Shown here one piece after another: positions 40,040 to 53,289 of a DNA stretch of 64,000 nucleotides. Made by a program: the position numbers and the translations under genes. Source of the DNA: Eledone cirrhosa (taxonomy: Eukaryota); contig CAXHJY010000257.1 in NCBI GenBank assembly GCA_964016885.1, forward strand, positions 124,001 to 188,000. The letters run 5' to 3'. Below the pieces are notes generated by a model. It saw only the letters and a program-made list of their open reading frames with translations, had not been told where the DNA came from and did not search any database. The first letter of the stretch is position 1. The number at the start of each line of letters is the position of its first letter.

Positions 40040-41096
40040 ATGTGTATGTGTGTGTATATATATTTATGTGTATGTATATATCTCTATATATATATATACA
40101 TATACGTTTGTATGTATATCTATTTATGTATGTCTGAGTTGTGTGTGAGCGTGTGGTTGTATGTGTATATATATACATGGATATGTGTATGTGTATGTAT
40201 ATATACGTATATGTGTGTGTGTGTGTGTGTATATATATGTGCGTGTATGTATATATATGCGTGTGTATATATGTATGTATATATATGTGTGTATATATAT
40301 ATATGTATATGTATGTATGTGTATGTACGTGTATGTGTATATATATATGTGTTGTGAGTATATGTATATATATATATGTGTGTATGTATGTGTGTATATG
40401 TATTTATATATGTATATGTATATGTCTCTATATATATGTGTGTATATATATATATGTATATATGTATATATATATATATATGTATATCGGTGTGTATTTT
40501 ATGTATGAGTATATATTTTACTTGTTTATTTCTTTTTAATATATTTCTTTTTATTTCTAAATTTATAGATACATTTTATAAATAGGCAGTTGTCTGACAC
40601 CCTCAGTAATTACTGACCCCCTTTACCTACTTTACCTACTGCATCTAGATGTAAATATGTGGCAGTGTTTATGTGTGCGCCTTAATATCCATATAGTTAT
40701 AATAATAATATATACGTATGTGTGTGTGTGTGTGTGTGCGTGTATGTTCGTGGGTATGTGTATGTTTATGTGTATATGCGCGTGTGTGTATGAATGTATG
40801 TATATGTGTGTATATATGAGTGTATATATGTTTGTATACGTATGTGTATTTTGTCTGTAGATTATAAACATACAGAGACATTAGCCCTGAATTTTTGTAT
40901 TTACATACATTTTTTCGACATGCGTATGCATGTGAACATATATTTTTATGCATATCTGTGAACGAAGTTACTTACATATATACACACACCTAACTGTATT
41001 TCCTTGATATATTTTTGTGTATTTCATTGGTCAATTTGAACTCTGTTCCCAAACAGACCTGTAATTTTGAATTGTTGTTATTATCAATAAATATAT

Positions 41097-41249
41097 TTCA
41101 TTATTTCTGAAGACGGCATATGTATGTGTTGGTATGTATATTATATTTGATAGTTTGTATAATTTTGTATAATTTTGTACATAGATCTGTTGAATATGCA
41201 TGCCAATTCTAACACATATATGTCCTAGAAACGATCGTTAAATAATGAA
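41097..41249 (+). ncRNA. Type I hammerhead ribozyme with an extended stem II
   Basis: 10-bp stem I ttcattattt/aaataatgaa; CUGAAGA 41107-41113; GAAA 41228-41231; palindromic stem III ACGAUCGU; GUU triplet; 114-nt stem-loop II. Confidence 0.78.
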
Positions 41250-41613
41250 CTTTTTTTGTTTAATAAGGAACTGTTTCATTGTTTTATTCATTATTTTTTT
41301 AACATTTTATCTTGACTCTGTATTCCGTTTATCTTTCACCGAAAGTGATTTTTGAATGCATCTCTTCTTTCCATGATATCCGGATTACATTGAGTTCTTC
41401 ATACGGATTGGACACTACCGTAAACTTTTGGTAGATTTATCTACATAATTTGCTCCTATTTTCACGGAAATATTCGTATTTTTGTACTGTATATGTGTGT
41501 TAATTTTATATTTATGTATATACATATATATGTATGATTTTATAACCCCATATACATTCTATTGTCCATTATATAACCCCATATACTTTCTATTGTCCAT
41601 TATCCATATCACA

Positions 41614-44049
41614 ATGGAAAAACAATACTTGGGAACCTCTTTAAAGAATATACCAATACCTTCTAAGGATGACTTCTTACTCCTTATGATACAGAAAACT
41701 AACCAATTTATCAGAAGAGTTAGATGGAGGGCCTACCACTTCGATAAAAAATCTAAATATGCAGATAGGAAATATATGTATGATTTCAATACTTACAAGA
41801 ATCCACCACACAACTCTCTACTTGAAGACTTTGAGAAAGACCTTTTTAATTTAATTAAACACCTCAAATTTAAGAAGTATAAATCTGTCTTTCAAAAGGA
41901 CCTTGATTCTACCCTATTGGACCTAAAAAAGTCTAAAAAAATCCATGTCCACTCGGACAAAACTGGAAACTTGTATCACATGGATATTGAAAATTATAAT
42001 GAGTTCATATATAAAGAACTCAGGAAAAATTATAAAAAGTCTAATAATGCGTCACTCACCAACATCAACAACAAAACACACAACATAGTAAATAAACTAA
42101 ATATTGAAGATAGAACTGAACCTTTGGCATTGAAAAGACCACACTTCAACCTGAAGGATCATAAATCAAACTTTAACTCAAATCCTTCTATAAGACTTAT
42201 ATGTCCCTCCAAATCTGATATTGGAATAATTAGCAAAAAAATTTTGGATAGAGTCATCCCACAAATAAGAAAACATGTTAATTTACCACTCTGGGAAAAC
42301 ACTTCCCAGGTAATTAACTGGTTTAAAAATATTAGGTGTAAATCTTCTGCTTCATTTCTACAATTTGATATAGATAATTACTATTCTTCTATATCACCTA
42401 TACTCCTGAACAAAGCTTTGATATTTGCTAAAAATAGATCTAACTTAACTTTGGATGACATTAATATTATTACACATGCTAGACTAACACTTATTGAATT
42501 TCAGAATGAATACTGGACCAGAAACACATATAGTAATCTATTTGATATTACTATGGGTTCAAGCGATTCTGCCCAAATTACTGATCTTGTGGGCCTCTTT
42601 CTTCTTTTCAACATAAATGCTTCCTTTCCCCACCTTAAAGGTGGTTTATATCGTGATGGCTGTCTTCTTCTTTCCAACAACCTTAGCCTCTCAGAAATAG
42701 AAAAAAACAAAAAGCTTATTAGAACTTTCCTTAAAGACTATTATAGTCTTCATATTACTTTTGAAAACACAAGTAAAGTAGTTAATTTCCTAGATATAAC
42801 TTTAGACTTAGCTACGGGTATCTTCCAACCTTACCATAAACCCAACCAAAACTTACACTACATACACTCACAATCTAATCACCCTAAATCTATCCTTAAA
42901 AACCTTGCATATAATATATCACTTAGAATTTCTAACCTTTCGTCTAACCAAGATGTATTTGATAAAAATGCGACCTTCTATAACGAAGCTCTAGATAGAA
43001 GTGGCCACAAAAATAGATTAGAATATATACCTTCTACTAAAAATACTATAAACATACAACCTAATATTACCAACAAACACCAAATGAAAAGTACACACCT
43101 AAACGCCACTCACACTATACCCCAAAATACCAACAACTCCTCTAATATAAAGTATAGTAACTCTCAAAAAACTACTCATCATACAACTCTAATAAATGTT
43201 AATAATAAAACTCCTAATAAACAAGATAAAACACCTAAATCAATAAATCTAACTAAAAATGTGCGTGGTGAGGTCATTAATATTAATCCTCCTAGTAAAC
43301 ATCACGATGCAACCTATAAAAATAATAAACAACATAGAAACCGTAATAGACGAGTTACTTGGTATAATGCTCCATTTAATTTACAAATTAAGGATAATAT
43401 TGCTAAAAATTTTTTTTATATCCTAGAGAAAAACTTCCCGCCAAACCACAAATACCATCAAATCTTAAATAGATCAACAGTTAAATTCTCATACTCAACA
43501 ACCAAAAACATAAAACAAAATATAAGTGCCTATAATGCATATAAATGTAAAAAAAACATAAGTATACCACCAATACATCAAATTAACCATAATATCTCCT
43601 CAAATACAGAATTAACGAAAGGTTGTAACTGTAGAAACAAAGCAAACTGCCCATTAAAAGGAAATTGTCTTGTTAACAACATAGTTTATAAATGTAAAGT
43701 TCAAACTAAAGATTCTATTTGCTCATATATAGGAGCTACTTCTAACAATTTTAAGGTAAGGTTTAATACCCACAAACATAGTTTTAAAAATGCCGCACTG
43801 GCTAATACAACATCTCTAGCAGAAAAAATTAATAGTTATAGAAATAAGAATATAGAATATGATATGACCTGGAGTGTGCTCAAAAGAGCCACCCCTTATC
43901 AAAATAATAGAAATGAATGTAGATTATGTTCCCAAGAACTATTTGAAATAATGAAATCTAAGGATATCCTATTAAATAAGCGACAGGAATTAATTATATC
44001 GTGTAATCATAAACTGAGAAAAACATTTAAATATTATAAACCTAATTAA
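41614..44049 (+). CDS. Naiad-like PLE RT plus GIY-YIG endonuclease (811 aa), with catalytic YRDD changed to YRDG
   Basis: SLKNIPIPS..FIRRVRWRA, SDKTGN, LKDHK..F, FDIDNYY, MGS, YRDG, VNFLD, CNC..CPL, NIVY..YIGAT, CRLC..E, LLNKRQE..CNH. Confidence 0.9.
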   Translation: MEKQYLGTSLKNIPIPSKDDFLLLMIQKTNQFIRRVRWRAYHFDKKSKYADRKYMYDFNTYKNPPHNSLLEDFEKDLFNLIKHLKFKKYKSVFQKDLDSTLLDLKKSKKIHVHSDKTGNLYHMDIENYNEFIYKELRKNYKKSNNASLTNINNKTHNIVNKLNIEDRTEPLALKRPHFNLKDHKSNFNSNPSIRLICPSKSDIGIISKKILDRVIPQIRKHVNLPLWENTSQVINWFKNIRCKSSASFLQFDIDNYYSSISPILLNKALIFAKNRSNLTLDDINIITHARLTLIEFQNEYWTRNTYSNLFDITMGSSDSAQITDLVGLFLLFNINASFPHLKGGLYRDGCLLLSNNLSLSEIEKNKKLIRTFLKDYYSLHITFENTSKVVNFLDITLDLATGIFQPYHKPNQNLHYIHSQSNHPKSILKNLAYNISLRISNLSSNQDVFDKNATFYNEALDRSGHKNRLEYIPSTKNTINIQPNITNKHQMKSTHLNATHTIPQNTNNSSNIKYSNSQKTTHHTTLINVNNKTPNKQDKTPKSINLTKNVRGEVININPPSKHHDATYKNNKQHRNRNRRVTWYNAPFNLQIKDNIAKNFFYILEKNFPPNHKYHQILNRSTVKFSYSTTKNIKQNISAYNAYKCKKNISIPPIHQINHNISSNTELTKGCNCRNKANCPLKGNCLVNNIVYKCKVQTKDSICSYIGATSNNFKVRFNTHKHSFKNAALANTTSLAEKINSYRNKNIEYDMTWSVLKRATPYQNNRNECRLCSQELFEIMKSKDILLNKRQELIISCNHKLRKTFKYYKPN

Positions 44050-45265
44050 TAATATATATTTTAGAAATTTATATATAATTTAATTTAAATGTAGTTAACC
44101 TATAACTTTAATTTAATTAAAATTCTACTACAGATGAGATTAAAAAATATTGTGTAATCATAAATTGTGAAAAACTTTTAAATATTATTAACATAATTAA
44201 TATATACTTTGTAAATTAATTTATAGATTAATTTTAGTTTATTTAACCTTTTATTAAAATTCCTTTACAGATGAAATATAACAAAATATCGTGTAATCAA
44301 TAACAGAGAAATACTTTTTAATATTATAAACCTAATTAATGTACAATTTAAAAATTTATTTATAAATTAATTTTAATTTAGTTAACCTATAATTTTAATT
44401 TAGTTAGCTTAAAATTAAAATTCTAATACAGATGGATTGCAGAATATCATATAATCATAAACTGAGATAAACTTTTAAATATATACCTAATTAATATATT
44501 CTTTACAATTAAATATATATATATATATATATCTATATATATATATAAATCTTAATTTTTGTTAACATATTCTACTATAGATAAAATACAAAATTCTGCT
44601 TTAATTATTATAAACCTAATTAACATATACTATAGAAATTAATATATAATTTTTAATTTAGTTAACCTATAATTTATATTCTACTACCGATGAAATAATT
44701 GATTTGGTTTTCCCTATTACTAAATTCATTTCCTAAAATTGATACCATAATGTTAATATTTTTAATTTAGTTATGCTATAATTAATACTCTACTACTGTT
44801 TAACTTCAAAATTCCGCTTTAAATATTATAAACCTAAGTTGTATACACCTTAGAAATCAATATATTAACTATTTTTAATTTAGTTAACCTATAATTAATA
44901 GTCTACTTATATTAAAATGCATAATTTTGCCTTCTTTCTTACATTTCCTAATACTGAAACTACTATGTAAACACATATGATCTAAATGCAGATTAATATT
45001 CTATGTTCCTTGAAACCTATATTTACTATTTCCCACTAATAATTTTAATCCCCCCCCCCCCTATAATTATTCGTATTTGTAAGCGTGGATGTATGTGTAT
45101 GTAAGTATGTATGTATGTTTGGGTGTTTGTATGTGAGTATAAAAATACATATGAGCGCATGTAAATAAGTGTGTATGATTGTATATATATAGATATATAT
45201 GTATATATATGTATATATGTGTATGTATGTATATGTATGTCTATCTATTTGTACATATATATGTG

Positions 45266-45317
<52 letters not shown>

Positions 45318-45471
45318 TATATATATTTGTAGAGATGTGTGTATGTGTATTTATATGTGTGCATAATTGTCTGACTGTGTGTATTTATTTATTTCTTTAT
45401 TTCTTTATATATATATATATATATATGTGTATGTGTGTGTGTGTGTATATATATTTATGTGTATGTATATA

Positions 45472-45509
<38 letters not shown>

Positions 45510-45562
45510 TAAACAAATAATGAATAAACAATGAAACAGTTCCTTATATTAAACAAAAAAAG

Positions 45563-45716
45563 TTCATTATTTAACGATCGTTTCTAGGATATATATGTGT
45601 TAGAATTGGCATGCATATTCAACAGATCTATGTACAAAATTATACAAAATTATACAAACTATCAAGATTAAATATACATACCAACACATATATACGCCGT
45701 CTTCAGAAATAATGAA
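45563..45716 (-). ncRNA. Second copy of the long-stem-II hammerhead
   Basis: reverse complement of 41097-41249; core and stems I and III identical. Confidence 0.75.
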
Positions 45717-46345
45717 ATATATTTATTGATAATAACAACAATTCAAAATTTCAGGTCCGTTTGGGAACAAAATTGACCAATGAAAATACAAAAGGTTTAA
45801 TGCAGTTCGGTGTGTGTATATACATGTAACTACCCTTACACATATTTTACAAAAATGTATGCACAACTTGTATACGCATACCAAAAGGATGGATGCAAAT
45901 ACAAAATTTCAAGGTTAATGTCTCTGTAAGTTTATAATGCACAGATAAGATGCGTATAGACACATAAATATGAAATAAGTGTATATACATATTCTCATAC
46001 TCACACATATCCGTACAATCACACACACACGCGCGTATATGCATAAACATACACATAACTACGGACATACAAACACACACACACACCCCCACTCACATAT
46101 ATATATGTGGATATAAAATCCTAAGCACATGGATATTAATTCACTCACATAAACACTGGCACACACATTTAGATCAAGATACAGAAATTAGGTGGGAGGG
46201 GGGGAGAGGTCAGTATTCAACGGTTTGGGCAGACTGCTTAATATAGATGTATCTATAAACTAAGAAAATAAAAAATAATAAATAATAAATAAACATTAAA
46301 AAGGAAAGAAAAGAAAAAGAAAAAAGAAAAAAGAAATATATCAAG

Positions 46346-46407
<62 letters not shown>

Positions 46408-46553
46408 CACACATATACACATATACATATATATACACATATACAAACACATACATACATATACACACATCCACACTTAGAACATACATACACACACATA
46501 TATAAACATATACATATACACACATACATACATATACACACATACATATAAAT

Positions 46554-46607
<54 letters not shown>

Positions 46608-46909
46608 ATACACATATAATCACACATACTATATAGACACACATATATATACACACATACACGCACATATACATACACTTACATACTTATATACATACAG
46701 ATATACACATACATACCTATATATACACACAAATACATACAGACATACATACATACATACAGACAAATACTTACGCATCTATATATCGGTATATACATAC
46801 AAACACCACTACACTCTCACACAACTCAGACATACAAAGAAAAAGGTATATACCTATACACATATACATATACAAATAGAGAAACATATACATATATATA
46901 TATATATAT

Positions 46910-46962
<53 letters not shown>

Positions 46963-47152
46963 CACATATACACACATACACATACATACACATACATACA
47001 TGTACACACACATAGATATATATACACATACACACATACACACATACATATATAGTCATACACACACATACACCTACACGAACATACACATACACATATA
47101 TAAAGATATATATACACACACACACATACACACACATATATATAAAAAATAA

Positions 47153-47205
<53 letters not shown>

Positions 47206-47786
47206 CATATACATACACACATACATAGACATATATGTACATACATACACATACATAGATACATACACACACATACATACATATATATATATACACACAC
47301 ATAGACATATACATACATACACACACAACATACATACACACATATATACTCATAGATAGAATTAGATATATATTCATACATACATACGCACTTACATATA
47401 CTCATATATACAAATACATACGCATTCATATATGCGTATATACATAGAAACACCACTACACCCTCACCCAACTCAGACATACAAAGAAAAAGGCATATAC
47501 ATATACATATATACACGCATTAATAGAGATATATATACACATATATATATATATATATATATACACATACACTTATATATATATACCCACACACACATAC
47601 AACCATAAATACACATACAAACACCCACATATATATATATATACACACACATAAAAAACAGACATGCACATATATATTTTTTTTACACATATATATACAC
47701 ATATATATACATATACACACCCTCACATATACACAACATACACATAAGTTATATTATAATAATTAATAAATAATATATATATACAC

Positions 47787-47821
<35 letters not shown>

Positions 47822-48014
47822 CACATACGAATATAGACACATATACACACATAGATACATATATATATATATATACACATACATATACACACACACATAT
47901 ACACATTCACATATATATGTGTGTGCACACACACATATATACACATACACACATATACACATAAACACATATATGTGTATACATGCACACACACACATAT
48001 ATCCACATAGATAC

Positions 48015-49936
48015 GAAGATAGAAAGACCACACTTCAACCTGAAGGATCATAAATCAAACTTTAACTCAAATCCTTCTATTAGACTTATATGTCCCTCCA
48101 AATCAGATATTGGAATAATTAGCAAAAAAATTTTGGATAGAGTCATCCCACAAATAAGAAAACACGTTATTTTACCACTCTGGGAAAACACCTCCCAGGT
48201 AATTAACTGGTTTAAAAATATTAGATGTAAATCTTCTGCTTCATTTCTACAATTTGATATAGATAATTACTATTCTTCTATATCACCTATACTCCTGAAC
48301 AAAGCATTGATATTTGCTAAAAATAGATCTAACTTAACTTTGGATGACATTAATATTATTACACATGCTAGACTAACACTTATTGAATTTCAGAATGAAT
48401 ACTGGACCAGAAACACATATAGTAATCTATTTGATATTACTATGGGTTCAAGCGATTCCGCCCAAATTACTGATCTTGTGGGCCTCTTTCTCCTTTTCAA
48501 CATAAATGCCTCCTTTCCCCACCTCAAAGGTGGTTTATATCGTGATGACTGTCTTCTTCTTTCTAACAACCTTAGCCTTTCAGAAATTGAAAAAAACAAA
48601 AAACATATTAGAACTTTCCTTAAAGACTATTATAATCTTAATATTACTTTTGAAAAAACAAGTAAAGTAGTAAATTTCCTAGATATAACTTTAGATTTAG
48701 CTACGGGTATCTACCAACCTTACCATAAACCAAACCAAAACTTACATTACATACACTCACAATCTAATCACCCTAAATCTATCCTTAAAAACCTTGCATA
48801 TAATATATCACTTAGAATTTCTAACCTTTCTTCTAACCAAGATGTATTTGATAAAAATGCGACCTTCTATAACGAAGCTCTAGATAGAAGTGGCCACAAA
48901 AATAGATTAGAATATATACCTTCTACTAAAAATACTGAAAGCATACAACCTAATATTACCAACAAACACCAAATGAAAAGTACACACCTAAATGCCACCC
49001 ACACTATACCCCAAAATACCAAATCTTCTAATATAAAGTATAGTAACTCTCAAAAAACTACTCATCATACAACTCTAATAAATATTAATAATAAAACTCC
49101 TAATAAAAAGGATAAAACACCTAAATCTACAAATATAACTAAAAATGGTTGTGGTGAGATCATTAACATTAATCCTCCTAGTAAAAATCACGATACAACC
49201 TATAAAAATAATAAAAAAACATAGAAACCGTAATAGACGGGTTACTTGGTATAATGCTCCATTTAATTTACAAATTAAGGATAATATTGCTAAAAAATTT
49301 TTTTATATCCTAGAGAAAAACTTCCCACCAAACCACAAATACCATCAAATCTTAAATAGGTCTACAGTTAAATTCTCATACTCTACAACAAATAACATAA
49401 AACAAAATATAAGTGCCTATAATGCATATAAATGTAAGAAAACCATAAGTATACCACCAGTACATCAAATTAACCATAATATCTCCTCAAATACAGAATT
49501 AACGAAAGGTTGTAACTGTAGAAACAAAGCAAACTGCCCATTAAAAGGGAATTGTCTTGTTAACAACATAGTCTATAAATGTAATGTTAAAACTAAAGAT
49601 TCTATTTGCTCATATATAGGAGCTACCTCTAACAATTTTAAGACAAGGTTTAATACCCACAAGCATAGTTTTAAAAATGCCGCACTGGCTAATACAACAT
49701 CTCTAGCAGAAAAAATCAATAGTTATAAAAATAAGAATATAGAATATGATTTGACCTGGAGTGTGCTCAAAAGAGCCACCCCTTATCAAAATAATAGAAA
49801 TGAATGTAGATTATGTTCCCAAGAACTATTTGAAATAATGAAATCTAAGGATATCCTATTAAATAAACGACAGGAATTAATTATATCGTGTAATCATAAA
49901 CTAAAAAAAACATTTAAATATTATAAACCTAATTAA
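48015..49936 (+). pseudogene. 5'-truncated Naiad-like RT-GIY-YIG with one frameshift near 49215
   Basis: ORFs 47983-49224 and 49145-49936 are collinear with 41614-44049; YRDD intact. Confidence 0.88.
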
Positions 49937-51268
49937 TAACATTATTTTAGAAATTAATTTAATTTAAATGTTAGTTAACCTATAAATTTAATTTAATTAA
50001 AATTCTATTACAGATGAGAATATAAAATATTATGTAATCATAAATTGTGAAAAACCTTTAAATATTACTAATATATACTTAGTAATTTAATTTATAGATT
50101 AATTTTAATTTATTTAAACCTTTTATTATAATTCTTTTACAGATAAAATATAACAAAATATCGTGTATCCAATGACAGAGAAATAATTTTTAGTATTATA
50201 GACCTAATTAATATACATTTTAGAAATATATTTATAATTTGGTTTTAATTTTAGTCAACCTAAAAATTTAATTTAATTGGCTTAAAATTAGTATCCTTAT
50301 ACAGACGAATTGCAGAATGTCATGTAATCATAGAATGGGATGTGTTTTGGATATTTACCTAGTTAATATATTCTTTGCAATTTTTGAAAAAATATGTATA
50401 TGTATATGTGTATGTGTATGTGTATGTGTGTGTATATGTGTATATATGTATATATATATGTATATATATGTATATATATATGTGTATGTATATGTATATG
50501 TATATGTATTAATTTTGATTTCTATTTGCATATAATTATATTCTGCTATTGATAAAATACAATATCTGTTTTATTTATTATATACCTAATTAACATATAC
50601 TATAGAAATAAATATATAATCTTTAATTTAGTTAACCTATAATTTATATTCTACTACCGATGTAATACTTTATTTGTTTTTTCCCTATTACTAAATTCAT
50701 TTCCTAATATTGATACCATAACGTTATTAACTTTAATTTAGTTATACTATAATTAATACTCTACTACTATTTAACTTCAAAATTCTGCTTCAAATATTAT
50801 AAACCTAACTAATTTACACCTTAGAAATCAATATGTTAACTATCTTTAGTTTAGTTAACATATAATTAATGGTATACTTATTTATTTTGAAATGCATAAA
50901 TTTTGCCTTATTTCTTGTTTATTGTATTTCCTAACACTGAAACTATGTAAAAACATACATTGGATCCAGATACAGAAAATATTCTATGTTTCTTGAAATA
51001 TATATTTACTATAATCCCCTTCTCCACCCCCCCCCCCCCCCTTCCCCCATACTATTATCATCTGTGTTTGTAAGCGTGTATGTATGAATATATATGTAGG
51101 TAGGTGTATATATGTTTGGGTATTTATATCTGAATATAAAAATACATATATGCGCATGCAAATAAGAATGTAAGATTGTGTGTGTATATATATGTGTATA
51201 TGTATGTGTATATGTGTATATATGCATGTGTATATATATGTGTATGTGTATGTGTGTATGTGTATATA

Positions 51269-51309
<41 letters not shown>

Positions 51310-51338
51310 ATGTATGTATGTATATATGTATATATATT

Positions 51339-51851
51339 CTCCCAGAGAATGGAGTTCCTACCTACACCTTTCCTACATACTGAGCAAGGCCATTTCCCTG
51401 AGGGGATCTAGGTTCTGTTTTCTCGTCTACTTACAAGGACCTTAGTCTTTGTCAAGTTGACTTTGAGACCCTTTCTTTCTAGTCCCTGCTTCCAAGTTTG
51501 GAATTTATTCTCTAGTTCTACCATAGATTCAGCTATGAGTGCGAGGTCATCAGCATACAGGAGTTCCCATGGGCATCCAGTCTTAAACTCCTCCGCTATT
51601 GCCTGCAGGACTATGATGAACAGGAGGGGGCTAAGAACTGAGCCCTGGTGGACCCCAACCTGTACGCTAAATACCTTGCTATACTCATTGCTAATCCTAA
51701 CTTTGCTGACTGCTCCCCTATACAAGGCTTGTACCGCTTTCACAAGCCATTCATCTACTCCTAGTTTTCTAAGAACCCACCAGATTACAGCACGTGGAAC
51801 TCTGTCAAAGAGATTACAGCACGTGGAACTCGGATTACAGCACGAATTACA
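51339..51851 (-). mobile_element. Internal RT fragment of RTE family C
   Basis: matches ~23705-24177; lacks both element ends; stuttered junction at 51782-51851. Confidence 0.88.
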
Positions 51852-51881
51852 TGTATATATATATATTTATATATATATATT

Positions 51882-51914
<33 letters not shown>

Positions 51915-51915
51915 A

Positions 51916-52257
51916 TGGAGGCACATGGCTTAGTGGTTAGAGCATTGGCCTTGCAATCGAAAGGTTGTGAGTCAATTCTCAGACTGGGTGATGTTGTTTC
52001 CTTGAGCAAGACACTTTATTTCACATTGCTCCAGTTTACTCAGCTGTAGAAATGAGATGATAGGGACTGGGGTCCATATCATTCCACTGCAAAGTGGTCG
52101 TGGAGGTGCCACGGCAAAAAAAAAAAAAGCACCCAGCACTCACTGTAAATGAGGTTGGTGTTAGGAAGGGCATCCAGCTGTAGAAATCAAGCCAGCATCA
52201 GTTCCCGTCCCACCCTGAGAGCAGGGAAAAAGCGGACGTAAAATGAAATGATGATGA
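51916..52257 (+). mobile_element. tRNA-derived SINE (copy 3)
   Basis: same head, core and tail as 22211-22547. Confidence 0.88.
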
Positions 52258-52637
52258 TATATGTATATATATATATATGGATATGTATATATATATATTT
52301 ATATATATATAACTATGTATATATATATGGATATGTATATATATATATTTATATATATATAACTATAAATATATATATATATGGATATGCATATATATAT
52401 ATGCATATATATATATATATATATGCATATATATATATATATGCATATATATGTATATATATATATGTATATATATATATATGTATATATATATATGTAT
52501 ATATATATATGTATATATATATATGTATATATATATATGTATATATATATATGTATGTATATATATATATGTATATGTATGTATATATATATATGTATAT
52601 ATATGTATATATATGTATATATATATGTATATATATA

Positions 52638-53165
52638 TCATCAACGTTTGACGTCCGTGTTCCACGCTTGCATGGGTTTGGACGGGGGTAGTCCCACTTG
52701 AGGCAAGAGTGATTGTGTTGCTCGCATAGGACTGTCTGGCAGGTTTTCTACAGTTGGATGCCCTTCCTAACACCAACCACATTTACAGTGTGGGTCTGGG
52801 AGGTTTTTACCGTGTTGCCTACACGGCCACATTACAGCGTGGACTGTGTTTTTTTTGTCGTGACACCTACACGATCTCATTTGTTTCGGCCTGGATGGCG
52901 CGGCACCAACATAACTTTACATAGAACGGGGTGGTGTGGATGGGGTGGGGGTGGTGGCGGGACGGGGTGTATTTTGTTAGAGATGCCTACTGGCAAGGCG
53001 GGTCTTCTCTGTTACTGAGTACCGCCAAAGGTCTCGGTCCAGTGACATTGTCTTGGAGAGGTGTAAATGTGTGAGGTCGGAGTTTATCAGCTCGTCCCAG
53101 GTTTTTCTAGGTCTGCCTATTCCGTGGCTGCCGTCTATCTTTATTGCCCTGCACTTTGTTATACA
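52638..53165 (-). mobile_element. RTE family B 3' end (short, truncated)
   Basis: near-perfect reverse complement of 54894-55422. Confidence 0.9.
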
Positions 53166-53171
53166 TATATG

Positions 53172-53238
<67 letters not shown>

Positions 53239-53243
53239 ATATG

Positions 53244-53288
<45 letters not shown>

Positions 53289-53289
<1 letters not shown>

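Larger units (their letters stand above)
39086..45500 (+). mobile_element. Full-length Naiad-like PLE in partial-tandem form (pLTR-ORF-pLTR)
   Basis: 39086-40090 recurs directly at 44548-45500; hammerhead 41097-41249; uninterrupted ORF. Confidence 0.9.
45503..51338 (+). mobile_element. Second Naiad-like PLE (sister subfamily): inverted pLTR, 5'-truncated ORF, 3' pLTR
   Basis: 45503-48010 is an inverted, diverged copy of the pLTR ending near 41300; ORF homology starts at 48015; 3' UTR 49937-51338 parallels 44050-45300. Confidence 0.85.

Noticed and set aside
41614-49936. Selenocysteine recoding, reported for some Naiad PLEs
   Set aside because: The ORFs here have no in-frame TGA at conserved Cys positions; the break in the second copy is a frameshift
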